Source of the DNA: Acinetobacter phage Acba_15
Length of the DNA stretch: 60,424 nt
Direction: 5' to 3' (one strand)
Sequence record: OQ101257.1
The translations under genes were made by a program, and so were the position numbers. This document shows, piece by piece, positions 34,234 through 44,200 of the stretch (position 1 is its first letter; every line of letters begins with the position of its first letter). The notes under the pieces were generated by a model. The model was given only the letters and a program-made list of their open reading frames with translations. It was not told where the DNA came from and did not search any database.

Positions 34234-37200
34234 ATGGCTCAAGAAGCTCGCTTAGTAATTGTTATTGATTCGGAACGTGCGAAACGCACTGCACAAGACT
34301 TATCAGTTGAATTGGATAGCATCACCAAAAAAGGGGATTTCGCCTCGAAATCTATGGACCGGATGTCTGTAGCAACTCGTGCACTAGCAGGGTATATGGC
34401 TGGTTTATTAACAGTAGGTTCAGCCATTTCAAAGATGGATACATATACTGGACTACAAAACCGCCTTAAGTTGGTCACTAATAATCAAGTTGAACTAAAT
34501 AAAGCTACGGAAGACACTTTCCGAATTGCTCAAAAAACCTATTCAGCATGGGATTCTGTTCTACAGGTCTACCAGCGTTTTAGTGATAATGCCAAAACTT
34601 TAAACCTCACAATGGATGACACAGCACGTTTAACTGAAACAGTTTCTAAAGCTGTAGCAATTAGTGGTGCAAGTGCAGAAGCTGCTGATGCAGCTTTAGT
34701 TCAGTTCGGGCAGGCCTTGGCTAGTGGAACGTTGCGTGGAGAAGAACTTAATTCTGTAATGGAGCAAACCCCAGCACTAGCAAAGGCTATTGCTAAAGGT
34801 ATGGGTATTACTGTAGGTGAATTACGTTCAGTAGCAGCTGAAGGAAAAATTACTTCACAAGAAATTGTAAAAGCGCTTAGAAATGTAGAATCTGATGTTG
34901 ATGCTCTTTTTGCTAAAACAGATATCACAATCGAGCAGTCTCTCACACTCCTAAACAACGAGATCACAAAATTTGTTGGCGAAGCAGGTAAGGGAAGTGG
35001 TGCGGCACAGGTATTAGCTGGATCAGTTCAAACTCTTGCAAGTAATTTAGATTTAATTGCTGATGGGGCTTTAGTAGTTGGTATTGGATATATCACTCGT
35101 GCAATTTTGATGAAGAGCGCTGCTATTAAAGAGGGAATGGCTTCAACTTTAGCGAGCCGCCAAGCATCTGTATTAAATGCTCAAGCAGAATATGCAGAAG
35201 CTACCGCTGCTTTGAATGCAGCAAAAGCTCATCTCGCGAATGTGCGAGCAACAAATGCAGAAACCCAAGCTAAATTTGGCGCAACAGCGGCAGCAACTCG
35301 ATACGCACAAGCACAGGCAGCAGTAACTGCTGCTACAAATGCACAAACAGCAGCTCAAATTAAGCTAAATACTGCAACTTCAATTGCAGGGAGACTAGCT
35401 AAAGGGGCGTTTGGATTAATTGGTGGGTGGGCTGGAGTTGCAACATTAGGAGTAATGGGATTAGCGGCAGCCTATTCTTATTTTAATAATAAGGCAGAGG
35501 GGGCAAAGCAAAAGCTTGCTGAACAAGCTAAAGTTGCTGAGAAAGCTGATGAGGAGTTAAAAAAATTAACTGGCAATGATAAGGCTAAAGCAGTTAATGA
35601 TTTAACTACTGCTTTTAATGCACAAAATAAAGCATTAGAGAAATCATCGCGTGCTGTAGGGTCTGCATTAATTGATATCGAGAACTATGCACGAGGAAAT
35701 AGGGAGGTTGAAAAAATTTCCCAAGAAGCGAGAACTGGAACTATCAGCTATACAGAAGCCATTGAACGTCTAAATAAAATTAAGTTGCCTACAGATCTAT
35801 ATGAAAATCTGAAAAAACAGGCTGCGCAGTATGATGACAATGCATCTAAAGCAAGTTTATCAGCTGAGAAACTTAAATTATTAAGAGTTGAAGTGAAACT
35901 TGGAGGTAATGAAGCACAAAATGCGGCAATTCAGCATCAAAAACAAGCGGATGCTTTAGGAAATACTGCTACTGAAGCAGAAAAGGCAACTAAGGCTTTG
36001 CAAGATTATCAAGCCAAGCAAAAAGATAGCGTTATTGATTCAATCTATAAATCAGGTTGGCTTGATAAAGGTTACACTGTTGCTCAAGCTAATGCCATTT
36101 TAGAACTGCAAAAAGCTAAAGGAATGAGTGCAATTTTGTCTAAAGATGAAATTGATAGCGCACTTAGAAATCTCAAGATCATCGAAGAACAACAGGAGCG
36201 AGAAGATAAATTAACTGAAGCTAAAAGAAAGCAGACGCAGGAAATTGAAAAACAAGCAAAACTTACTAAACGCTTGGTCGGTATTTCCGGTCAATCCGGT
36301 ATTGGTACTGGTCCACATCTTGACGTCCGATATGGTGGCTCATTGTCAGGTCAGAAAGTTTCTAATGAACATCTGGCTCGATTACAGGCGGGAGGAAAAC
36401 CTTTAACTTCCTACAAGATCAGTTCTAATTATGGTCCACGAAAAGCCCCAACTAAAGGGGCTTCTTCATTTCATAAAGGTATTGATTTTTCAATGCCTGA
36501 AGGAACACCAATCACGACCAATGTTGCTGTGAAAGATATCAAGACATGGTATGACAGCAAGGGAGGTGGTTATGTCAGTGAAGTGATCTTTGAGGATGGA
36601 GTGTCTCTTAAGCTTCTACATCAATCTCCCAAGATGCAGAGCAAGGTGAAAGGTGGTGCAAGTAAAGGAAGTGATAAAGCAGCTGGTGATATTCAATCTC
36701 AACTTGAACGTCAACAGGATTTGCAACGGTCACTTGAAAATGAGGTGGCTAGTGAAGTCGGACGGATTAACAATAATAGAAAGGCAAGACTGGAGGATGT
36801 TGATAAAGCAAACTTTAGCCCGGAACGTACTGCAGAAATAAAGGCGGAAATAAATCGTCGTGCAGATAATGATATTGCTATAGCCAAACAAGCCCTTAGA
36901 ACGAAATTGGAAGACTATAAGGAGTTCCAGAAAACCGAGGAACAGTTACTAGAAGAGTCCTTTAACCGTAAAAAGTTCAATGCAGCTCATGACCTTGAAT
37001 TAAGTAAGTTTGAGCAGAAGCAAGCTGTTGAATTGCTGGAACAGCAAAAACAGCAAGAGTTAGGGTTATTAAAACTAGCTCAGGAACAGCGGTTGTTTCA
37101 AGCCCGTTTATCTCTGCTTTCTGAAACGCAAGCCATGCAGGAACGTTACAGACTCGAACGGGAGGAAATTCTTAAGAATACCAAGCTTTCTATAGAAGAG

Positions 37201-38208
37201 CGGCAAAAGCTAATCGCATTATCTAAAGCCAATCAGGATAAAGAGACACGCGATAAAGTGAATAATGCTGTTCAAAACTGGGGTGGTATTCAGGCGAGTA
37301 TCACTGGTAATAGTGGTCAATTCGCTTTAGAACAGGAGCGCTTTCGCCGTTATGATGCTTCTCAAAAAGTATTTGATAGCCAGCTTGCTGATATTGAAAC
37401 TCAGGAACAAGATCCAAATGCAAATATGGTAGCTCTAAATGCACAACGTGAACAAATCATGAAGGAGCACTTTGAGCGTTTGAAATTGATTGAATCTACT
37501 TATCAAAATGATTCAATGAATCTCCAGTTGGGTTATGGAGCTAGTGTCACAGGGGCATTGGCTGGCATGTTTAAAAATATGCTTGGTGAGTCATCAAGTG
37601 CTTATCACGTTCTTTATGAAAGTCAACGTGCATTCGCATTGGCGCAGGCTGGAATGAACATGTGGAAAGCTGCTTCAGATGCTTACGCAAATGAGCCAGG
37701 TACTTGGTACCAAAAAGCGGCAGCAGCAGCGATCGCGACAATTAAATCAGGTACATTTGTATCTCTCATCCAAGCTGCAACCCCGCAAGGATTTGCGGAT
37801 GGTGGTTATACAGGTAACGGCCTAAAACACACTCCAGCAGGGATTGTGCATAAAGGCGAAGTCGTATGGTCGCAAGAAGATATCAAACGCTGGGGTGGTG
37901 TTAGCGTTGTTGAAAGTATGCGTCAAAGCAATCCAAGTGGTTATGCGAACGGAGGTTACGTTTCTAATAATCAGTCTGATGCTATTGCAATACGTAGAGA
38001 GTCTAGACAGTTTGAGGCAATCAACTCTAATCAATCTCAATTGAATACGAACGAAAAGCCAATAAATGTGTATGTCACTGTTAATGCCGATGGCACAAGT
38101 AAAACAGAGACAGAAAACGACTCAAAACAATTGGGCCAAATGATTGGTAATGCAGTAAGAACTATTATTCGCCAGGAACAAAGACAAGGTGGTTTGTTAT
38201 CTAAGTAA
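34234..38208 (+). CDS. Tail tape measure protein with an internal M23/LytM-like segment.
   Basis: About 1325 aa, largely helical and Ala/Gln/Lys-rich. FHKGIDFSMPEGTPI matches the M23 H.GiDf..p.GtPi motif. GTGPHLDV lies upstream of it. Confidence 0.75.
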   Translation: MAQEARLVIVIDSERAKRTAQDLSVELDSITKKGDFASKSMDRMSVATRALAGYMAGLLTVGSAISKMDTYTGLQNRLKLVTNNQVELNKATEDTFRIAQKTYSAWDSVLQVYQRFSDNAKTLNLTMDDTARLTETVSKAVAISGASAEAADAALVQFGQALASGTLRGEELNSVMEQTPALAKAIAKGMGITVGELRSVAAEGKITSQEIVKALRNVESDVDALFAKTDITIEQSLTLLNNEITKFVGEAGKGSGAAQVLAGSVQTLASNLDLIADGALVVGIGYITRAILMKSAAIKEGMASTLASRQASVLNAQAEYAEATAALNAAKAHLANVRATNAETQAKFGATAAATRYAQAQAAVTAATNAQTAAQIKLNTATSIAGRLAKGAFGLIGGWAGVATLGVMGLAAAYSYFNNKAEGAKQKLAEQAKVAEKADEELKKLTGNDKAKAVNDLTTAFNAQNKALEKSSRAVGSALIDIENYARGNREVEKISQEARTGTISYTEAIERLNKIKLPTDLYENLKKQAAQYDDNASKASLSAEKLKLLRVEVKLGGNEAQNAAIQHQKQADALGNTATEAEKATKALQDYQAKQKDSVIDSIYKSGWLDKGYTVAQANAILELQKAKGMSAILSKDEIDSALRNLKIIEEQQEREDKLTEAKRKQTQEIEKQAKLTKRLVGISGQSGIGTGPHLDVRYGGSLSGQKVSNEHLARLQAGGKPLTSYKISSNYGPRKAPTKGASSFHKGIDFSMPEGTPITTNVAVKDIKTWYDSKGGGYVSEVIFEDGVSLKLLHQSPKMQSKVKGGASKGSDKAAGDIQSQLERQQDLQRSLENEVASEVGRINNNRKARLEDVDKANFSPERTAEIKAEINRRADNDIAIAKQALRTKLEDYKEFQKTEEQLLEESFNRKKFNAAHDLELSKFEQKQAVELLEQQKQQELGLLKLAQEQRLFQARLSLLSETQAMQERYRLEREEILKNTKLSIEERQKLIALSKANQDKETRDKVNNAVQNWGGIQASITGNSGQFALEQERFRRYDASQKVFDSQLADIETQEQDPNANMVALNAQREQIMKEHFERLKLIESTYQNDSMNLQLGYGASVTGALAGMFKNMLGESSSAYHVLYESQRAFALAQAGMNMWKAASDAYANEPGTWYQKAAAAAIATIKSGTFVSLIQAATPQGFADGGYTGNGLKHTPAGIVHKGEVVWSQEDIKRWGGVSVVESMRQSNPSGYANGGYVSNNQSDAIAIRRESRQFEAINSNQSQLNTNEKPINVYVTVNADGTSKTETENDSKQLGQMIGNAVRTIIRQEQRQGGLLSK

Positions 38209-38284
38209 CGCCTGAACTGTTTCCACTTTTCCGTTAATTGGGGTATAGTTTAATTAATATGGTCATACTTTAGTTATGGTCCTT

Positions 38285-38312
38285 AAAAGCTCGCTTATTG
38301 CGGGCTTTTTTT
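38285..38312 (+). terminator. Intrinsic terminator.
   Basis: Hairpin gctcgcttattgcgggc followed by ttttttt. Confidence 0.4.
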
Positions 38313-38325
38313 GTGAGAAATAATC

Positions 38326-38667
38326 ATGAGTGACTTAAAATTTACCTTTGAGTGTGATCTTGAAGGTAATAATCAAACCCAACGTTTTAATACGTTATCA
38401 ACAAAATTTGGTGACGGATATGAACAAAATACTTCAATTGGTATAAACAATCGATCTGGTGAATGGACCTATCAGCGCACAGCTAAGAAAGCTGAAATTT
38501 TGGAAATTAAAGCATTCTTTGATAAGCACAAGGGTGCTAATTCTTTTCTATGGGATTCGCCGTTAGATGGTGAAGTGCGCGTTAAAGCAGGGGATTATCA
38601 ACCTGTTTGCTTGGGTGGAGATACGTGGCGCATTACAACCACATTTACTCAAGTTTTCTATCCATAA
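38326..38667 (+). CDS. Minor tail protein, lambda gpM-like.
   Basis: 113 aa, in the first position after the tape measure. Confidence 0.45.
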   Translation: MSDLKFTFECDLEGNNQTQRFNTLSTKFGDGYEQNTSIGINNRSGEWTYQRTAKKAEILEIKAFFDKHKGANSFLWDSPLDGEVRVKAGDYQPVCLGGDTWRITTTFTQVFYP

Positions 38668-38721
38668 TTTTTTCTCAACGGCTCCTTAAGGAGCTTTTTT
38701 ATTGCTTATTGGAGCAGAAAC

Positions 38722-39072
38722 ATGGCTATTAAAACTTTAGATCTTGCTGAAGCATATATTGTCGGTGAATTACGCACTCAATTATTAGATGCACGTAGTT
38801 TCGGGAATAATTTGCCTGCTGGCAGAATTGAAACTTTAGCGATTAATTATGATCGACCTTCTGATTCAGTGAATATTGCTGTTACACCAGGTGGTGGTTT
38901 AAACGGAAGTATGACTTTACTTGATGCTGACATCACAAAGTGGGCAATTCAAACGATCTTAAACACAGCTTATCTCTATCAGGTAGATGTAAACACTTTA
39001 AGCCTTAAATATGACTTGGCTGCTAAAAAAATTACTATTGAATATACTCCAGTTGTTTCAGGTCAAGCTTAA
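38722..39072 (+). CDS. Hypothetical tail protein.
   Basis: ORF with the upstream hairpin element. Confidence 0.3.
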   Translation: MAIKTLDLAEAYIVGELRTQLLDARSFGNNLPAGRIETLAINYDRPSDSVNIAVTPGGGLNGSMTLLDADITKWAIQTILNTAYLYQVDVNTLSLKYDLAAKKITIEYTPVVSGQA

Positions 39073-39081
39073 GGAGGTCTC

Positions 39082-39780
39082 ATGACTTTACAAAGTGACT
39101 TCCAGAAACTTGAACCAGGTGGATTAATTCACCTGTATGAATTAGATGCCAGCTCGTATGGAGTTGGCATTCTTCGATTTCATGGCCATCAGCAAATGGA
39201 AAGTATTTTTTGGCAGGGTCAGGAGTTTGAAGCTATTAGTCTGGATGTCTCTGGTTTAGAAATGAGATCAGATGGTAAGGCTTCGGCTCCCACATTAACA
39301 ATCGCCAATAACCTGAACGGAATACAAGGTGCAATTTCAGCTTACTGTCTCCAATGTAAAGATTTCGTTGGAGCTAAACTCAAAGTTATAACCACACTCA
39401 CCAAGTATCTTGATGCCAAGAACTTTCCTGAAGGCAATCCAACAGCATCAAATGAATCAAAAGAGCAGATTTGGTATATCGAGCAGAAAACATCTGAAAA
39501 TGCTCAACAAGTAACTTTTGAGCTTTCAAACCCGATTGATTTTGAGGGGTTGAGAATACCAGTTCGTCAAATTACTTCATTGTGCCATTGGTGCACGATG
39601 GGGAAATATCGTGGTGAAGAATGTGGTTATACCGGCGCTGCTATGTTTACAGAAAAGGATGAGCCAACTGATAACCCTGCATTAGATCGATGTGGAGGAA
39701 GGTTGCGCTCTTGCCGATTACGCTTTGGAGAAAACAAGCCCCTTCCTTTTGGAGGATTCCCAGCATCAAGCTTAGTTTGA
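39082..39780 (+). CDS. Minor tail protein, lambda gpL-like, with a C-terminal Cys cluster.
   Basis: 232 aa. C-terminal CHWC...C...C...C, as in the gpL iron-sulfur cluster. Confidence 0.6.
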   Translation: MTLQSDFQKLEPGGLIHLYELDASSYGVGILRFHGHQQMESIFWQGQEFEAISLDVSGLEMRSDGKASAPTLTIANNLNGIQGAISAYCLQCKDFVGAKLKVITTLTKYLDAKNFPEGNPTASNESKEQIWYIEQKTSENAQQVTFELSNPIDFEGLRIPVRQITSLCHWCTMGKYRGEECGYTGAAMFTEKDEPTDNPALDRCGGRLRSCRLRFGENKPLPFGGFPASSLV

Positions 39781-39786
39781 GGTCCT

Positions 39787-40542
39787 ATGAAACTAACAGC
39801 AAAAATCAAAAAAGCGGTAATGGCCCATGCTGATGAATGCTATCCGCATGAATGCTGTGGGGTCATTGTAGACAAGGAATATATCCCTTGTCGAAATGTA
39901 GCAAACAAATCAGATCAGTTTGAAATACATCCTGAAGACTTAGCTTTTGCAGAAGACCAGGGCGAGATATTAGCGTATGTGCATTCCCACCCTGACGGAA
40001 CTACAAGAGCCTCAGAACTAGACTTAATTCAAATTGAGTTACATCAAAAGCCTTGGGTAATTTGTTCCTATCCGGATCTAGATTTTCAAATATATGAACC
40101 ATGTGGTTATCGCGCCCCTTTAGTGGGGCGTAATTATTTTCACGGTTGGCAGGATTGCTACGCTCTTATACGCGATTTTTATAGTCGTGAATTAGGAGTC
40201 GAACTTATGGATTTCGAGCGTAAAGATGCTTGGTGGGAAGATAAAGATCATCCATCACTTTATCTTGAGAATTATGAGAAAGCAGGCTTCTATGAAGTAG
40301 ATACGCCGCAATATGGCGATATGCTTGTTTGTCGTGTTGGGCGTACTGAACATCCCAATCATGCGGTTGTTTGGCTTGGGGATAATGGGCAGCTTAAATC
40401 GGAACAAACTGAGCAATGCATAGGTTCAAGTCTAATTCTTCATCATCCATATAATCGTAAATCTGTTCGTGAAATTTATGGCCAACAATGGCAAGAGCGA
40501 ACAGTAAAGATATTGAGGCATCGAGATGTTAAAAACCATTAA
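39787..40542 (+). CDS. Tail assembly protein, lambda gpK-like, with JAB/MPN and NlpC/P60 domains.
   Basis: ECCGVIV...YVHSHPDG is a JAMM-like motif. The C-terminal region has Cys and His residues. Confidence 0.65.
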   Translation: MKLTAKIKKAVMAHADECYPHECCGVIVDKEYIPCRNVANKSDQFEIHPEDLAFAEDQGEILAYVHSHPDGTTRASELDLIQIELHQKPWVICSYPDLDFQIYEPCGYRAPLVGRNYFHGWQDCYALIRDFYSRELGVELMDFERKDAWWEDKDHPSLYLENYEKAGFYEVDTPQYGDMLVCRVGRTEHPNHAVVWLGDNGQLKSEQTEQCIGSSLILHHPYNRKSVREIYGQQWQERTVKILRHRDVKNH

Positions 40543-41197
40543 ACTGTATGGAGTATTGGGACAAAAGTTTGGCCGTGAATTTAAACTTGATGTTTTAAAT
40601 ACACGTGAAGCTATGCGTGCATTAGCAGTACAAGTTGAAGGTTTCGAGCAGTTCATGTTGAAAGCACATGAGCAGGGACTCCAGTTTGCTGTATTTCTTA
40701 AGAGTAAAAATTCAAGCAAAAAGCGTGGAAAGAAAAGCCCATCAATTTATGACCATGAATCAAAACGACTGATTACTGGAGACAATATCAGTGAAGACCA
40801 GCTTGATATGACTACACAAGCTGAAGTTATTCATGTTGTGCCTAGAGTAGTTGGAGCGGGCGGGGGTGGTGGCCTTCAAACAATTATCGGGGCTGTTATG
40901 GTAGTTGTAGGGGTGGTTGTAGGGGTGTTTGCTGGATGGACTGGTGTTGGTGCAGTTGTGGCACAAGGGTTAATCGGGGCGGGTATCGGCATGATGCTTG
41001 GTGGTGTGGCAATGATGCTTATGCCAAAGGTCGATAATACTCAGGACCAAAACCAAGATGGTAATAGGGCAAACCAAGGATTCGGTGGAGCTGTAACTAC
41101 GGTTGCCCAAGGGAACCCTGTTCCAGTTTTATATGGCCAACGTGAAGTTGGTGGATTCATTGTGAGTGCTGGTCAGTATCCTGAAGACCAGATGTAG
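40526..41197 (+). CDS. Tail assembly protein, lambda gpI-like.
   Basis: 223 aa, N-terminus MLKTIKLYGVLGQKFG, with a Gly-rich hydrophobic C-terminus. Confidence 0.55.
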   Translation: MLKTIKLYGVLGQKFGREFKLDVLNTREAMRALAVQVEGFEQFMLKAHEQGLQFAVFLKSKNSSKKRGKKSPSIYDHESKRLITGDNISEDQLDMTTQAEVIHVVPRVVGAGGGGGLQTIIGAVMVVVGVVVGVFAGWTGVGAVVAQGLIGAGIGMMLGGVAMMLMPKVDNTQDQNQDGNRANQGFGGAVTTVAQGNPVPVLYGQREVGGFIVSAGQYPEDQM

Positions 41198-41263
41198 AAA
41201 ATTTGTTGTGATGTTTTTTTAAGGCGCTTTAAGCGCCTTTTTTATTGCGCGAGATTTAAACCT

Positions 41264-44200
41264 ATGGCGATTGTAAAAGGCGCGAAAAAGGGCAAAGGTG
41301 AGGCAAGAAAACCTGTAGTTGCTCCAGATTCCGCACAATCTAAAACCTATATAAAAATCTTATATGGTTTAGGTGAAGGCGAAATTGAAGGATTAGCCAA
41401 TGGCAATCAATCAATATTTCTTGAAGGAACTCCACTACAAGATGCCAATGGGAATCTGAATTATTCAAACGTAAAACTAGATTTCCGTAAAGGAACTAAT
41501 GATCAAGATTACATTGAAGGTTTTCCTTCAGTAGAAAGTGAAACTGCTGTCGATGTCGAATTGAAGTCAGGTGCTCCATGGGTACGAGCTTTTAATAATA
41601 TTGATCTTGATGCCGTTCGTATTCGCTTAAAGTGGGGACCACTTCGCCAGCAGGACTCAAGCACTGGTGATGTTAGTGGTATAACAATTGAATATGCTAT
41701 CGATATACAAACTGACGGTGGTGCCTGGACAGAAGTATTAAAAACAAAAATATCCGATAAGACTTCTGCAAATTATGAACGAGCTCACCGTATTGATTTA
41801 CCAAAGGCCGATAGTGGTTGGTTAATCCGGGTACGTCGCATTACACCTAATTCAACCTCTGAGTTTGTAAGCGACAAAATGTATGTTGAGGCATTTACTG
41901 AAGTTGTTGATGCAAAATTAAGATACCCAAATACGGCATTATTAGGTCTGCAATATGATGCCGAAACTTTTGGAAATGTGGCGAAATTAGCTGTAGATCT
42001 GAAAGGTCGATTGCTTTTAGTACCAACCAATTACAACCCGCAAACGCGACAATATACTGGAATTTGGGATGGTACTTTTAAAAGAGCTTACACAAATAAC
42101 CCGGCATGGATTTACTACGACCTTTGTACAAATGATCGTTATGGTTTAGGAAATCGCTTAACCCCATTCATGATTGATAAATGGTCTTTGTACCGTTTAG
42201 CTCAATACTGCGATCAAAGCGTTTCCGACGGACTTGGCGGCCAAGAACCTAGATTTACATGTAATGTGTACATTCAAAATGCTGAAGATGCTTTCAGTAT
42301 ATTAATGAAATTGGCTGGTGTCTTTCGAGCGATTGCCTTCTGGGATGGTACAAGCATTATATGTGATGCCGATATACCACAAGACACATATTTCACCTAT
42401 ACCCGTGCAAATGTGGTTGGTGGTGTTTTCGAATACTCAGGAACACGTGCACGTGATCGGCATAATGTAGTTAAGGTTGCGTGGGATAATCCTGCAAATC
42501 ACTATAAAACAGAATACGAATTTGTTCGCGATGAAAATGCTATTGCTGAGTCTGGCCAAGTACGCATTCTTGAATTAGATGCGTGGGGATGTACTTCTCG
42601 TGGCCAGGCTCAACGTGCAGGCCACTGGGCTTTAAAATCCGAGCAAAAGGAGACTCGTACAGTTTCGTTTAAAGTCGGTTTAGATGGGCATATTCCACTG
42701 CCAGGAAGAGTAATTGAAATTGCGGATGAACTGTTTGCAGGACGTGCTAATGGCGGACGTGTATCTAAAATTTCTGCTGATCTCAAAAGCATAACCATTG
42801 ATCGAGATGACGTTATTGCTAAAGCTGGTGATCGTCTGGTTATCAATGGCGAAAATGGCAAAGCACAAACGCGAATTGTTCAGTCGATCTCTGGTCGGGT
42901 TATCACAGTAACACTTCCATTCGATGAGAATTCAATTGCTGTACAAAACGTATGGGTTCTTGATGCTCAAGATTTAGCGACAATGAAGTTCCGCGTAATT
43001 TCAATCTCGCAAGAAGAAAAACACCAATTTAGCATTACAGCGCTTCAGTACAACCCGCAAAAATTTGATGAAATTGATAACGGGGCATTCTTTGAAGATG
43101 CACCTATTTCAATTATTAATCCTTCAATCCAGGAACCGGTTAAAGATGTTTTGATTACGACTGAAAGTCGTGTTGATCAGGGTATTAATATCACCACAAT
43201 GATTGTGTCTTGGATGCAAGCGAAAGGTGCCGTTAAGTATCTGGTTGAGTGGCGAAAAGATGATGGATCGTGGATCCGGTTACCGCAAACAGGAAATAAT
43301 TCAGTCGAGGTACCTGGTGTTTATTCAGGTCAATATCAAGCTCGTGTTACCGCAATTTCTGCTTTTGAAATCGCATCTTTACCGGTTACATCTTCCTTAA
43401 CTGAAATTACTGGAAAGCAGGGATTACCGCCGAAAATAGCTTTTATACGTGCCACAGGTATTTTGTTTGGAATGAAGCTTGATTGGGGATTCCCTCCAAC
43501 AGGTGCAAAAGATACAGCTTATACCGAAATTGAAGTTTCACCTGATGGCATCAACAATATTGCTCAATTAGGATTGTTTGCATATCCGACTACCACTACC
43601 ACAATCCAAGGTTTACAACCTAATCTTAGACAGTTTTATCGCGGTCGATTAATTGACCGGATTGGCAATGTTGGTCCTTGGTCTGAATGGGTCAATGGTA
43701 CGACCACAGCAGATCCGGAAGCGGTTCTTGATCTTATTTCTGGTCATATTAATGAGAGTGATCTTGCCCAAGAGCTTCAAGGTAAAATTGAAAATTCAGT
43801 CGATGTATCTGAAGCAGCCCAAGCTGCAGCAAATAATGCCCAAGCTGTTGCTAGTAGCGCCCAAACTGCAGCTAACAATGCCCAGGCTGTGGCCTCTGAA
43901 GCTAAGACGGCGGCCTCGAGTGCTCAATCGGCAGCAACCACTGCTCAAACACAAGCTTCTTCAGCCCAAAAAATAGCAAATGATGCGAGTGTTATAGCGA
44001 CCAATGCTAAAAATACTGCTGATCAGGCAGCTGAAGATGCGTCTTCAGCAATAACGGCAGCAGCAGAAGCAAAAACTACTGCTACTAATGCGAATACGAC
44101 CGCAACGAATGCACAAACAACCGCAAATAATGCTTCTTCGGCAGCATCAAAAGTTGCTTCAGATTTAACAACCTCAACAAATCAGTTGAATAAGAAAATC

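Noticed and set aside
35173-35358. Cys-rich 61-aa minus-strand ORF inside the tape-measure gene.
   Set aside because: It is the antisense reading of GCA/GCT-rich Ala codons in the tape measure. Such ORFs are typical artefacts.
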